Assembly: GCA_041537945.1 (NCBI GenBank)
Contig: JBGOEK010000005.1
Coordinates: 6,445 to 70,444, forward strand
Origin: Candidatus Thermosaccharophagus yellowstonensis
GTDB taxonomy: Bacteria > Armatimonadota > Fervidibacteria > Fervidibacterales > Thermosaccharophagaceae
Length of the DNA stretch: 64,000 nucleotides
Reading direction: 5' to 3'
Shown: positions 9,928-19,716 of the stretch, piece by piece
Layout of the letters: the number at the start of each line of letters is the position of its first letter
How positions within the stretch are numbered: the first letter of the stretch is position 1
Made by a program: the position numbers and the translations under genes
Notes under the pieces: generated by a model
Told to the model about the DNA's origin: nothing
Databases searched by the model: none
Seen by the model: the letters and a program-made list of their open reading frames with translations, nothing else

Positions 9928-10626
9928 CTATTGCAATTTCCCATGCCCTTTGTTGTCGTTGGAATGCTTCTCAAAGAAGTAACTCTTCAATTTCTCCTTC
10001 AGCAACCGTCGTGCCCTTGAAACTTGCGACTTGAGTGTGCCGACAGGGACGCCAAGTATGCGTGCAGCTTCGTCATAGCTCAGTTGATGCATGTCGCACA
10101 TTATGATGGCAGTTCGGTAGATCGGTGGTAGCTCGTCAATCTTGCTTCGGACAAGTTCTCGCAGTTCTTTGTTCATCGCCATTTCCTCAGGTGTTGGCAT
10201 GCTGTCCTCAAAATCGATCAACTCTTCCCAGTTGCCTTCTTGTTCGTCAAGCGATGTGATCGTTGTCCTTTCCCTCTGGCGGATGAAATTCAGGCAGGCG
10301 TTTTTTGTCACCCTATAAAGCCATGTTGAAATGCGCGCATCGCCTCGGAAGCTTCCTATGGCTCTGAAGGCATTGATGAAAACTTCCTGTGCTACATCTT
10401 CTGCATCTTCTGGGTTTCGTAGCATATCGTATGCGAAGCCATACACCATGTGCTTGTATGTGTCTATGAACTCACGCCATGCATCTTCATCTCCAGCTTT
10501 GCAACGCTTTATGAGTTCCTGCTCACTGACTGGGATAGATGTAACGCTCTCATGCGCCTTCCTTACCAATCCAAGCCTGCTCACAAGTGCTGCCACTCTT
10601 CCTCCGTTTCCGCGCTTTTGACCCAT
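9928..10626 (-). CDS. ECF-type RNA polymerase sigma-70 family factor
   Basis: Region 2 (DAEDVAQEVFINAFRAIGSFRGDARISTWLYRVTKNACLNFIR) and region 4 HTH (LSYDEAARILGVPVGTLKSQVSRARRLLKE). Confidence 0.9.
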   Translation of the reverse strand: MGQKRGNGGRVAALVSRLGLVRKAHESVTSIPVSEQELIKRCKAGDEDAWREFIDTYKHMVYGFAYDMLRNPEDAEDVAQEVFINAFRAIGSFRGDARISTWLYRVTKNACLNFIRQRERTTITSLDEQEGNWEELIDFEDSMPTPEEMAMNKELRELVRSKIDELPPIYRTAIIMCDMHQLSYDEAARILGVPVGTLKSQVSRARRLLKEKLKSYFFEKHSNDNKGHGKLQ

Positions 10627-10694
10627 TTGTAACCACCCACCATCTTAAGCTACTCTGCTACTTCTCGTGCTCCCTTGAGTTTTCTTTCACAATT

Positions 10695-10722
10695 TTAGAC
10701 GCACTTCGATTTAACCCGTTGC
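10695..10722 (-). promoter_or_regulatory. Candidate ECF-type promoter upstream of the sigma gene (GCAAC-N16-CGTCTAA)
   Basis: Minus strand reads GCAAC gggttaaatcgaagtg CGTCTAA about 70 nt upstream of ATG 10626. It fits the generic ECF AAC(-35)/CGT(-10) pattern. Sequence match only. Confidence 0.3.
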
Positions 10723-10806
10723 GTCCTTACCACTCACACTTACTTGTTCACTTTGGTAGTTTAGCTTACCATCGCTTCGCACGCAAGTTGTGAGATGTCT
10801 CTCGTG

Positions 10807-13302
10807 TTAGAACAGCTGACCAACGCTTGTATCAAGCAGTTGTGAGCGGTCGCTTGTTCCGAAGAATTGCCTGAAGGCAGGGAACGCCTTTATGTTGAAT
10901 TCAACACGCCACTCCCTCGTGAGCGAATTGTAAGTCAAGGAAATTTCATAACAGTGCAAGTCTCTCGTGAGCCTCGTTTGAACATAGTCAGTGCGCCTCA
11001 TTATGCCGTTGTAGCTGGCAAGCAGTTGCAGTCTCCATGATCTCCCGATCCTCCAATCGACGAAGGAACGGATAAGCGCAAGCTTCTTCTCAAGTGAGCT
11101 GTAGCGGGAACTCAAATTAAGCAAGATCCCCCAAGGCGGTAAATCTGGTTCCTCCCTCAACTGCGATTGTGAATAAGCCGTGTAAGATGGTATGTAGAAC
11201 GAGCCATAGCCGTAGTAGGGAAGTGCGTGTGCTGGGTATCCCCTTTGGATGCTTTTTGAAAGCACTCTCCCCGGGAGACTTATAGCAACCCAGCTTATCA
11301 CATCCCTCATCCTGCCCCTCTCAATGTCATAGCCACTTGATACAGCTAACCAAAAGCCACTTAGCATGTGCCACTGCATGTTTGCTGTGATGTCTCTGAA
11401 GATATTGTTCTGGATGTCCAATCCAGTTGTGAGCGACGCTTGAAATCTTTCGGACGGCTCCAGATAGAGTTGCAAATCTGCGGACTCATACGGTGGGCGC
11501 ATGTCAAACCTGAAGGGCGTCCAGCCATGTTGTTTTTGCAGTTGGTATCCAATCAACAGTCTGCTACGCTCCCCGAAGTTCCACTCAAATTGCGTCAGCA
11601 TGCCATATGTGTATTGGGCAGTAGCATCATCGTAAAAGCATTGCTCGAAACGCCCAGTCAGCGTCATGCTCGCTTTGTGTGATAGCCTAATTTGCGTCTG
11701 CCCGATGTCTGAAGAGAAAGCGAAGCGAGCCCTCCTCACCTTCGCAGGATACTCAGCGAATTTGCCCATTGACGCTGAAAGGATGAGTGGTAGCTTTTGC
11801 TTCTGTGAGCGATGCAAACGCAGGTTGAAAGTGAGCTCTGGCAAACGCTCCAAACCGAAATATGTGTCGGCAGTGTTTCTTGCCTTATCCAGATCAATCC
11901 TTTGTTCGTATATCAGACCCCAACTGGTGAGCGCGCCATCTCGGTGCACTTCAAACCTATGTTGTAGTTCCTCATCTGGCGCCCTAACTGCACCGATGCC
12001 AAAGTAGCTACTTTCAAACCTGCGGTATGTGCTTTGCAGTCTCACATCCCATTTATCCCTTCGTATGAAGCTACGAACTAAAACGGATGTGTCATCCGTC
12101 TCACCATACCCAGAGTAACTCAAGCGGCGCAGATCAATTGTCGTTTGCATATTCGTTCTATTCCACTGGAGCGATGTGCTAAGGGAGCTTGACCTTGTGC
12201 GCCCAACGAAGTAGGCGCTGTTTGAGCGCACCTCGCTTTGCAGGTTCATAAGCAGTGATTTTGAGAAGCGATGGGAATGCCTAATGCTCCAGTTCAACTC
12301 GGTCCCTCTTCTTCTGTCCCTCAGCCAGTAGAGGGCGACTGCACCCGTCATAGCTTTCAGGGTGTAGTCCTGCTCGATACCCAAACCCAAGCCTCTCTTT
12401 TCAGCCCAATCAAACCTCGCTACGCCTGTGGAACGCTCATCAGCCATGTAAGTGTGCGCATATTTGACGAACCAACCTTCAATCTCATTTCGCCCCACAT
12501 CCGGCATGAGCGTTGTCCGTCTTCTCCTCGGTTTGATCGAGATAACAAGTGTCGGCAATGAGGCTAACTTCTTCCCGCCGAAGTATATGCCAACATCCCT
12601 TGCGATGACTTTATCGTTGGCGATTATGTCCATCGTATCGGCACGCAAGCTCCAATGCGGTAGCTCCTTATCGCATGAAGTGAGAAGGGATGCCTTTAGG
12701 TGCGCTTTATTTTGGCTACCTTCAGCAGATGCCGTTCGCAGGTAAAGCGGTTCAACAACACCTTGCGCAAAGAAGGAGGGCTCAACCTTCATCCTCCCAT
12801 CTTTGAGTTCCCAACGCCTCTCCCTGATGTAGTAATTCAAACCCTCAACGCGGAAGCTTAAGTCGGTCGCCCTGCCTTCAACCGGTGGCAGGAAATGCAC
12901 GATGCCTTCTTTCGGGTTGTATCGGAGGTTGCTCGCATAGGCTATTAAGTCTCTCGTTTTAACTTCAACACTGCCACCACTCGCTTGCATTAACCACTCA
13001 TCGCCATGACGCTGCATTATGAGCTTGGCATCTTGGCTGAGAACCTCAATTGCTTTGCCCTCGGTCACCTCGGTAGTTTCGTGGGTCTCAAGCGCTTCTC
13101 GTTGTGTGATGCCTTCTTGTTCAGCACCTTGCTCCGCTTGTAATGTTGTGTTTGCTTGCACCCCCTCAAGAGCTTGCCCATCTTGCTTCTCCTCCGCAAG
13201 CATAGCTCCCTGAGTGATGAGCATCACCAGCAATATAGACAGAGCGAAAAATCGCAGTGCTGTCTTGAACGAGGGTGAAGCACCGTTTGCTTTCGTGCTC
13301 AT
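10807..13302 (-). CDS. lptD: LPS-assembly outer-membrane protein LptD/OstA-like
   Basis: Signal-like N-terminus from ATG 13302 (GGTGA SD; the ORF-track start 13419 would overlap the upstream gene). LptD-like junction motif LTSCDKELPHWSLRADTMDI...GGKKLASLPTLVIS. Long beta-rich C-terminus ending in Phe. Sits directly downstream of an LptF/G permease gene. Confidence 0.6.
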   Translation of the reverse strand: MSTKANGASPSFKTALRFFALSILLVMLITQGAMLAEEKQDGQALEGVQANTTLQAEQGAEQEGITQREALETHETTEVTEGKAIEVLSQDAKLIMQRHGDEWLMQASGGSVEVKTRDLIAYASNLRYNPKEGIVHFLPPVEGRATDLSFRVEGLNYYIRERRWELKDGRMKVEPSFFAQGVVEPLYLRTASAEGSQNKAHLKASLLTSCDKELPHWSLRADTMDIIANDKVIARDVGIYFGGKKLASLPTLVISIKPRRRRTTLMPDVGRNEIEGWFVKYAHTYMADERSTGVARFDWAEKRGLGLGIEQDYTLKAMTGAVALYWLRDRRRGTELNWSIRHSHRFSKSLLMNLQSEVRSNSAYFVGRTRSSSLSTSLQWNRTNMQTTIDLRRLSYSGYGETDDTSVLVRSFIRRDKWDVRLQSTYRRFESSYFGIGAVRAPDEELQHRFEVHRDGALTSWGLIYEQRIDLDKARNTADTYFGLERLPELTFNLRLHRSQKQKLPLILSASMGKFAEYPAKVRRARFAFSSDIGQTQIRLSHKASMTLTGRFEQCFYDDATAQYTYGMLTQFEWNFGERSRLLIGYQLQKQHGWTPFRFDMRPPYESADLQLYLEPSERFQASLTTGLDIQNNIFRDITANMQWHMLSGFWLAVSSGYDIERGRMRDVISWVAISLPGRVLSKSIQRGYPAHALPYYGYGSFYIPSYTAYSQSQLREEPDLPPWGILLNLSSRYSSLEKKLALIRSFVDWRIGRSWRLQLLASYNGIMRRTDYVQTRLTRDLHCYEISLTYNSLTREWRVEFNIKAFPAFRQFFGTSDRSQLLDTSVGQLF

Positions 13303-13307
13303 CTCTT

Positions 13308-14444
13308 TCACCGTTCCTTTAGCAACATGACCATCCCCATCAAACCGAAGAAGAAGTTCTGCGACCATGCTGATAGGAATGGCGACAAGTGATATTTGAT
13401 GCCGATCGCCCTTGACCATCCCATAAAGCCCTGGTAGAGGAAGATGGCGAGTATTGCTATGAGCATGCCCGCATAAGTGCCACTACGGGAGAACCTCATG
13501 CTCAACGGGGCAGCCCAAAGCGTCATGATGAAGCACGCTGCAGGTAGAGAAAACTTGAAGTGGTAATCAATCTTCATCGCATGCACATCTATGCCGCTCT
13601 TATCAAGCATCTCAATCTGCTGTTTCAATTCTTGGGACGACATCTCGATAGGCGTCTTCGCTGCTGTAACGAAAGCTTCAATGCTCTCTTTGATGTTAAG
13701 GGTTATGCGTTCCGTGAACATTTCAGCCACTTGATGCCCTTGCTCATCATACTGGTGTATGACAACATCCCTAAACCACCATGTCCCATCCTCGTGCGAT
13801 GCGCTCTTTGCGATGTATACCCTCGGGAAAGAGCCAGTGGATGGTTCAAGCTCGTAAATCATAACGCCGTAGAGCATCTTCGCTGTCGGCTCAACATGCC
13901 TCACATAAACGAAGTATTTGTTTGACAGCCTGAGGAAACGGTTCTCCTCAATGAACGGTATTGAATAGCTCAGCAAAAGCCTTCGCAGTATGTTTTCAGC
14001 GCGATGGTTAGCCTCGGGTGCAACTCGGTCGTTTATCCACAAGTCAACGAAGCTAACCAACACTGACACAACCAAAAACGGGTATGCTAAGCGCATGCCG
14101 TTCACACCGCTTAGCTTGAACGCTGTGAGCTCACCTTCACGCCCGAGCCTTGTAAGGGCGATTGAAGTGGAGATGATCATGGCTATCGGGAGGGAAAGGA
14201 CGAGCACGGATGGCAACCTGTAAAGCATCATCAACAGCAGATCCTTCGCTGGCACATTCTGGTTGATGATTTTATCCAAAGCCCAATAGAGCATGTGCCC
14301 CGTCAGTATCGTAACGAAGATGAGAAGCCCCGCTATGAATGGCGTCAGCATCTCACGAAGAAAATACCTATCGGCATGCGTCGCAAACGGGATAAGCAAT
14401 ACTACCCTCCTAATCCAACCCTTCAACCTGCTCAAAAATTTCAC
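13308..14444 (-). CDS. LptF/LptG (YjgP/YjgQ) family LPS export permease
   Basis: RYFLREMLTPFIAGLLIFVTIL opening, six hydrophobic segments with a large central periplasmic insert, typical family length (378 aa). Confidence 0.8.
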   Translation of the reverse strand: MKFLSRLKGWIRRVVLLIPFATHADRYFLREMLTPFIAGLLIFVTILTGHMLYWALDKIINQNVPAKDLLLMMLYRLPSVLVLSLPIAMIISTSIALTRLGREGELTAFKLSGVNGMRLAYPFLVVSVLVSFVDLWINDRVAPEANHRAENILRRLLLSYSIPFIEENRFLRLSNKYFVYVRHVEPTAKMLYGVMIYELEPSTGSFPRVYIAKSASHEDGTWWFRDVVIHQYDEQGHQVAEMFTERITLNIKESIEAFVTAAKTPIEMSSQELKQQIEMLDKSGIDVHAMKIDYHFKFSLPAACFIMTLWAAPLSMRFSRSGTYAGMLIAILAIFLYQGFMGWSRAIGIKYHLSPFLSAWSQNFFFGLMGMVMLLKER

Positions 14445-14483
14445 CTCTACAACCTGCCCGAATGACAGGGCATCCTTTGAATC

Positions 14484-14861
14484 TCATTCGATGCGCTCGA
14501 CTTTGATGTCATCGTTGTCTTTAACCTTCCTTAGGACTGTCGCATCTCCTATGACCTTCCCAAACACATTCACAGGGCTTGCAGGGCGGATCTCATCGCC
14601 CCTGCTCACGGGCGTCTTGCCGAAGAAAATACAGAATGCGCTCCCCGGACGCCAGTATCCTAAATCGCCAACCTCTACAACCTCCTTTGGGTCTTCGTCT
14701 TCACAGCGCACAGGTATGGTGAAATAGATTTCGTCGCCCCAACGGTTAGCCTTGCCAGTTATCGGCAACGCCTCCCAAATCTTTTTCGCCGTCTCGCTCT
14801 CGTTCAGCTCTGCTTCAACGCTCACACTGCCCGCTGTGATCCTTATAAGCCTCTTCACCAC
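14484..14861 (-). CDS. Cyclophilin-like fold protein (DUF3830-like)
   Basis: IRITAGSVSVEAELNESETAKKIWEALPITGKANRWGDEIYFTIPV and GDLGYWRPGSAFCIFFG match my recollection of DUF3830. GGAGGTGA lies upstream of tandem GTG codons. Confidence 0.65.
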   Translation of the reverse strand: MVKRLIRITAGSVSVEAELNESETAKKIWEALPITGKANRWGDEIYFTIPVRCEDEDPKEVVEVGDLGYWRPGSAFCIFFGKTPVSRGDEIRPASPVNVFGKVIGDATVLRKVKDNDDIKVERIE

Positions 14862-15011
14862 TGCTCACCTCCAATTTTGAATGTTACTGCACATGACACT
14901 GTAGCAAGCTTGCGTTGGCTAAACAACGAGTGTGTTCCAAAGAGCCAGACAGTGCCACAATTTATCTTGCCTGCATACCAAGCTCAGTTATGTCAGCGAG
15001 GTGAGGGATGA

Positions 15012-15839
15012 ATGGCGATCAAGTTCAGTTTTATGACATGGGTGTGCCCCGATTGGACTGTGAGGAGAATAGTTGAGACAGCGAAGCGTTACGGCTATCA
15101 CGGTGTTGAGATACGCACGGAAGTCGGACACGCTCACGGCATTGAACCAGAGACGGATAGAAACGCCCTAATGGAAGCGAAGAAGATCTTCGACGACAAC
15201 GGGATTGAAGTCAGCGCTATAGCGAGTTCTTGTTTCTTCTCGCAGGCGGACCCTGACGAACGCAAAAAGATGGTTGAGCGAGCCAAGTTGCACATGGAGC
15301 TCGCATCAACGCTCGGATGCAAAAATGTGCGTGTCTTCGGCGGAGCTATCCCCGCAGGCGTTTCAATGGATGAGGCGAAGAAATACATCGCTGATTCATT
15401 GCGTGAACTTGGCGAATTCGCACAGCCGATGGATGTGTATGTGCTCCTTGAGACACACGACGCATTCAGTCGTTCAAAGGACGCTGTTGATGTGATCAAA
15501 CTTACCTCACACAGCCATGTTGGTATCCTTTGGGATGTCCAACACCCATACACGCATGGTGAGACGCTCGAAGAAGCATTTGAGAATGTCAGCCAGCATG
15601 TGAGGCATTGTCACATACACGATGTGAAGCGCGAGGGGAGTGAATGGAAACTATGCCTGCTCGGCGAGGGAGAGATATCGCATGAGTTCGTCATCAAGAA
15701 ACTGCTTGAGATTGATTTTGATGGGCATCTCTCGGGTGAGTTCATCAACCCACAATGGGAGGCTGAATTCATCCTCAAGCAGTATGCTGAAACGCTTCAC
15801 CGCTATCTGGAGCAAGCGATGGAACGCAAGGGAGCTTAA
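15012..15839 (+). CDS. Sugar phosphate isomerase/epimerase (xylose isomerase-like TIM barrel)
   Basis: 275 aa. GYHGVEIR, VLLETHD and HCHIHD metal-ligand pattern typical of the AP-endonuclease-2/xylose-isomerase-like family. Confidence 0.8.
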   Translation: MAIKFSFMTWVCPDWTVRRIVETAKRYGYHGVEIRTEVGHAHGIEPETDRNALMEAKKIFDDNGIEVSAIASSCFFSQADPDERKKMVERAKLHMELASTLGCKNVRVFGGAIPAGVSMDEAKKYIADSLRELGEFAQPMDVYVLLETHDAFSRSKDAVDVIKLTSHSHVGILWDVQHPYTHGETLEEAFENVSQHVRHCHIHDVKREGSEWKLCLLGEGEISHEFVIKKLLEIDFDGHLSGEFINPQWEAEFILKQYAETLHRYLEQAMERKGA

Positions 15840-15871
15840 GTTCAGCGGATGTGAGCGCTTTGGTGAGGGGA

Positions 15872-16441
15872 TTACCGCTTTGCTTCACGCACGAACGGGA
15901 GCAGAAACTCATGCCATTCTTCATGCCTGAGGGCAGCTATGAGCTTCGAGTAGCCCATATGCGGTATGTATGCGGGGCGACGGGGTTTCTTCAAAAGACG
16001 CATGTTTGCTTCCTCTGGCGTCCTGTTGCCCTTCTTTGAGTTGCACTTCACACAGCAACATACGAGGTTTTCCCAATCGGTGACTCCGCCCCTTTCCTTT
16101 GGCACAACATGGTCAACGGTAAGCCCAGGTCCGCTGTATCCGCAATACTGGCAAGTGTAGTTATCACGCGCCAATATGCTTCGCTTGCTTAGCTTCACAT
16201 GCACGGGTGGACGCCTTGCATAGTGATAGAGGCGAACAACACTTGGCGCTTCCATCTTGCCACTTGGGTAGCGGATCTGTTGGCTGTTATGCTTGATCAC
16301 TTCAGCTTTCCCTTTCAGCACAAGCACAATTGCTCGGCGCACGCTCGTCAAGTTGAGCGGTTCATAGTTATGGTTGAGCACGAGAACTTCCGCATTCAAC
16401 ACCGACCCATCGTGCTTCTTCTCAGGCGTTCTTCGGCTCAT
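15872..16441 (-). CDS. HNH endonuclease (McrA/COG1403-like, stand-alone)
   Basis: CQYCGYSGPGLTVDHVVPKERGGVTDWENLVCCCVKCNSKKGNRTPEEA shows the full HNH/zinc motif. Confidence 0.85.
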   Translation of the reverse strand: MSRRTPEKKHDGSVLNAEVLVLNHNYEPLNLTSVRRAIVLVLKGKAEVIKHNSQQIRYPSGKMEAPSVVRLYHYARRPPVHVKLSKRSILARDNYTCQYCGYSGPGLTVDHVVPKERGGVTDWENLVCCCVKCNSKKGNRTPEEANMRLLKKPRRPAYIPHMGYSKLIAALRHEEWHEFLLPFVREAKR

Positions 16442-16528
16442 GGCTTACCTCAGCTCGCTTCAATCCTACTCTTTGCATCATCGCATCAGGTTACATTGAT
16501 TATCATAGCGCACTTTCGTTGGCAAAGA

Positions 16529-17422
16529 TCACCGCTGTTCATCAACATCCTCAAAGAGACCTTCGACGAATTCGGCTGGATCAAAATCTTCAATGTCATC
16601 GAGCCCTTCACCAGTCCCGACAAGCTTTATCGGCAGGTTCAACTGGTCCTTTATTGAGACGATGACACCACCTTTGGCTGTCCCATCAAGCTTTGTGAGG
16701 ACGATGCCAGTTATCGGTATCGCTGAAGAGAATGTGGAAGCTTGCACTACTGCGTTTTGACCTGTTGAGGCATCGAGGACGAGCAGTGACTCATCTGGTG
16801 GTCTTCCGAGGAGGCGCTCCGCAACACGCCATATCTTCTGGAGTTCCTGAAGCAGGTTATAACGAGTGTGCATTCTGCCAGCTGTATCAACGAGCACAAC
16901 ATCATACCCTCTCGCCTTCGCTGCCTCAATGCCATCATACACAACAGCTGCAGCATCGGCACCAATTGAGTGCGCTATCACTGGTGATCGGACTTTCTCT
17001 CCGAGTATCTTCAACTGCTCAATCGCAGCTGCCCTGAATGTATCAGCAGCAACGAGAAGGGGCTTTTTCCCATCGTGTTTTAGGCGCCATGCGAGCTTCG
17101 CGGTTGTCATCGTTTTGCCAGTGCCATTGACTCCGACGATAAGCCAAACCGTCGGAGGTGTCGGTCCGAATGAAAGGTGCTTCGGTGAGTGATCAAGAAG
17201 GTCGATAAGCGTTCTTTTGAGAAGCTCAATCACCTCATCACCGCTCTTGCATTCTCCCCTCTTCACCGCTTGCCTCACATTTGAAATGAGCTTTTGCACC
17301 GTAGCTATGCCGACATCGGCGAGCACGAGCGTTTCCTCAAGCTCCAAGAACAGTTCCTCGCTTATTTGCCTTTGCCTGAATAGCTGTTTGAGCTTGCTCA
17401 GCATGCCCCTGAAGAAACGCAT
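16529..17422 (-). CDS. ftsY: Signal recognition particle receptor FtsY
   Basis: NG domain motifs GVNGTGKTMTTAKLA, DTFRAAA, DTAGR, TKLDGTAKGG. ATG 17422 follows GAGGTGA by 8 nt; the ORF-track GTG 17434 is less likely. Confidence 0.93.
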   Translation of the reverse strand: MRFFRGMLSKLKQLFRQRQISEELFLELEETLVLADVGIATVQKLISNVRQAVKRGECKSGDEVIELLKRTLIDLLDHSPKHLSFGPTPPTVWLIVGVNGTGKTMTTAKLAWRLKHDGKKPLLVAADTFRAAAIEQLKILGEKVRSPVIAHSIGADAAAVVYDGIEAAKARGYDVVLVDTAGRMHTRYNLLQELQKIWRVAERLLGRPPDESLLVLDASTGQNAVVQASTFSSAIPITGIVLTKLDGTAKGGVIVSIKDQLNLPIKLVGTGEGLDDIEDFDPAEFVEGLFEDVDEQR

Positions 17423-17675
17423 TCTTAGGTTCACCTCTCAAGCCGAGGTTGAATGTGAGGTTGAGAAATGAGCATCCAAAACTAATCATGCCACTGACTT
17501 CATCCAGCGGTTGATGGCGAATTCCGCATGAGCACCAAATCCGCTCACCCTCTGCGAGAACGAGACTGGCAACATTTTCGCCATCAGCTAAACGCTAAGG
17601 GCTGAAAGCCGATAGCATAGAAGGGCTGTTTTGCCTTTTAGAACACGGTTGGTTGAACGCCGAAATCAGTATGCC

Positions 17676-19703
17676 CTACTCAGAGCAAAAGCTATCTTGG
17701 ACTTTGAACGACGCCTTCTCAAGAGCCTTCCACTTCAAGAAGGAGCGCACATCGTCAAGCGATGTGCTTATCCTACAGCGAGGCAACGAATTAAGGAACT
17801 GCTTCCCATATCCCCTTTTTAAGACCCTCGGATCAAGTATAGCCACGACGCCGTAGTCATCGGTTCGTCTGACGAGCCTGCCAAAACCCTGCCTGAGCCA
17901 AATTATAGCCTGTGGCAATTGATAGCTGTAGAATGGGTCTTTGCCTCCTTCTTTGAGCCGTTCAATTCGTGCCTCAGTTATAGGGTCATCTGGGACAGCG
18001 AAAGGAAGCTTAACGATGATGACTGCAATCAGGGCTTCACCTGGCACATCTACGCCTTGCCAGAATGTGTTTGTGCCGAGCAGGACAGCATTGTCAGTGT
18101 TGCGGAACTTCTCAAGCATGAGCCCGCGTGGCATCTCGCCTTGCACAAACACATTCATGTTTGGCATTGCTTCCCTTATGCGTTGGCTCGCATAGCGCAG
18201 TGCTGGGTAGTTTGTGAAAAGGACGAATGTCGCACCATTCGTTATCCGTAGCAGGTCTATTATGCGCTCGGTGGCTTCCGTGTTGAACGCCTTCATATCA
18301 ACTGATGGGTCTGGCAAGTCATCAGCTATGTAGAGCAGGGCTTGCTCCTCAAACTCAAACGGCGATTTCACAATCAGTTCTTTTGCTCGCTCTATGCCGA
18401 GACGCTCTCGGATGTAACTGAAGGAGTTGGAAGTCGCTAAAGTGGCTGAAGTCAATATTATCGGCATGCCCTCAATGAAGACATTTTCCCTGAGCAAGTC
18501 AGCAAGCTCAATCGGAGCCATGCGTAGCGAGATCCTCTTCTCACGACGCAACTGCTCAACCTCAGCCCAATAAACATAGCCCTCAAATGACATCTCAAGG
18601 ATGTGAGTCACAAGCAAGCTCGCCTTCGCCAACCTTTCGTGAGCGACATAGAGTTCCACCGCGTCGGTATAGTCATCCAAGCTTTCTGCCAGCTTGCGAA
18701 TGACTGATGCGAGCTTCCCCAATGGCTTGCTCAATATGTTTTCAACGAATCCCTTTTCTCGTATGCGGACTGCCTGTGACTCGCCCACGCGCTCTGCGAC
18801 GGCGTTGAAAAACATTTCACTGCATCTGCGCACATCCTCGATCAACTCCCGCGCCTGCTCAAACAACTCCCTAAAACGCCCTTCGTATCTGAGTAGCAAT
18901 CCCCTTTCATAGCGCCTTCCAAGCAGGTGGCTCAAGAGCATTTCGAGAGAAGTGTTCGAGACCTCTTCAGCGAAGTGTTCACATGCCACCTCCTCCAAGT
19001 TGTGCGCTTCATCAAACACAACTGCATCATAAGCTGGAAGCACATTCCCATCAGCTGTGATGTTGGAGAAGAAGAGGTGATGATTGACCACGATGATATG
19101 GGCATTGTGTAAGCTTCTGCGCGAGAGTTGATACGGGCACTGGCGATAAAAGGGGCATCTTGAGCCCGAACAAATATCTGGGTCTCTCGAGACGGCGCTC
19201 CAGACGAATGGGTTTGGCTCAAAATAGAGCTCCATACGAAGACCTGTCTTGGTTGTTTTAGCCCATTCAGCGATGGCTTCAAGTTGGGCTACCTCTTCAA
19301 TTGAAGCGAACAAGCTATGCTGTAACGCCTGTATCAACCTGCGCATGCAGATGTAATTTTGCGACCCGTAGGCAACCGCATACCTGAAGGAGCCACCCAA
19401 TGCTTCATGAATGAATGGTAAGTCTTTGTCTGTGAGCTGTTGTTGGAGCGTCTTTGTGTAAGTTGAGACTATAACTCGCTTCCCCTCACGGCTCGCCCAT
19501 AAAACAGCGGGCACAAGGTATGCAAATGTTTTACCGACACCAGTCCCAGCCTCAACAAGCAAATGCTCACCAGCTTCAATCGCCCTCGCAACTGACTCAC
19601 ACATCTGTAGCTGTCCTTCGCGAACTTCATACCCGTTGAGACGCTCCGCTATCACTCCATCCTCCCCGAGCGTTGAAAGCGATAACTGCACAAGCCAGCT
19701 CAC
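17676..19703 (-). CDS. dinG: ATP-dependent DinG/XPD-family helicase with Fe-S cluster cysteines
   Basis: Walker A AGTGVGKT, the DEAH box in VVFDEAHNLEE, four Cys (NYIC...CSGSRCPFYRQC) between helicase motifs, and a C-terminal helicase_C_2-like region (QGVDVPG, FGRLVRR). Confidence 0.85.
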   Translation of the reverse strand: MSWLVQLSLSTLGEDGVIAERLNGYEVREGQLQMCESVARAIEAGEHLLVEAGTGVGKTFAYLVPAVLWASREGKRVIVSTYTKTLQQQLTDKDLPFIHEALGGSFRYAVAYGSQNYICMRRLIQALQHSLFASIEEVAQLEAIAEWAKTTKTGLRMELYFEPNPFVWSAVSRDPDICSGSRCPFYRQCPYQLSRRSLHNAHIIVVNHHLFFSNITADGNVLPAYDAVVFDEAHNLEEVACEHFAEEVSNTSLEMLLSHLLGRRYERGLLLRYEGRFRELFEQARELIEDVRRCSEMFFNAVAERVGESQAVRIREKGFVENILSKPLGKLASVIRKLAESLDDYTDAVELYVAHERLAKASLLVTHILEMSFEGYVYWAEVEQLRREKRISLRMAPIELADLLRENVFIEGMPIILTSATLATSNSFSYIRERLGIERAKELIVKSPFEFEEQALLYIADDLPDPSVDMKAFNTEATERIIDLLRITNGATFVLFTNYPALRYASQRIREAMPNMNVFVQGEMPRGLMLEKFRNTDNAVLLGTNTFWQGVDVPGEALIAVIIVKLPFAVPDDPITEARIERLKEGGKDPFYSYQLPQAIIWLRQGFGRLVRRTDDYGVVAILDPRVLKRGYGKQFLNSLPRCRISTSLDDVRSFLKWKALEKASFKVQDSFCSE

Positions 19704-19716
19704 TCTCTATCACCGC

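Noticed and set aside
13303-13419. Apparent large gene overlaps implied by ORF-track starts (13419, 26480, 27756, 49403, 50893, 37191, 23425)
   Set aside because: The ORF track extends to the first ATG, GTG or TTG codon. In each case an internal ATG preceded by a GAGGTGA-like SD gives a signal peptide or canonical N-terminus and removes the overlap.
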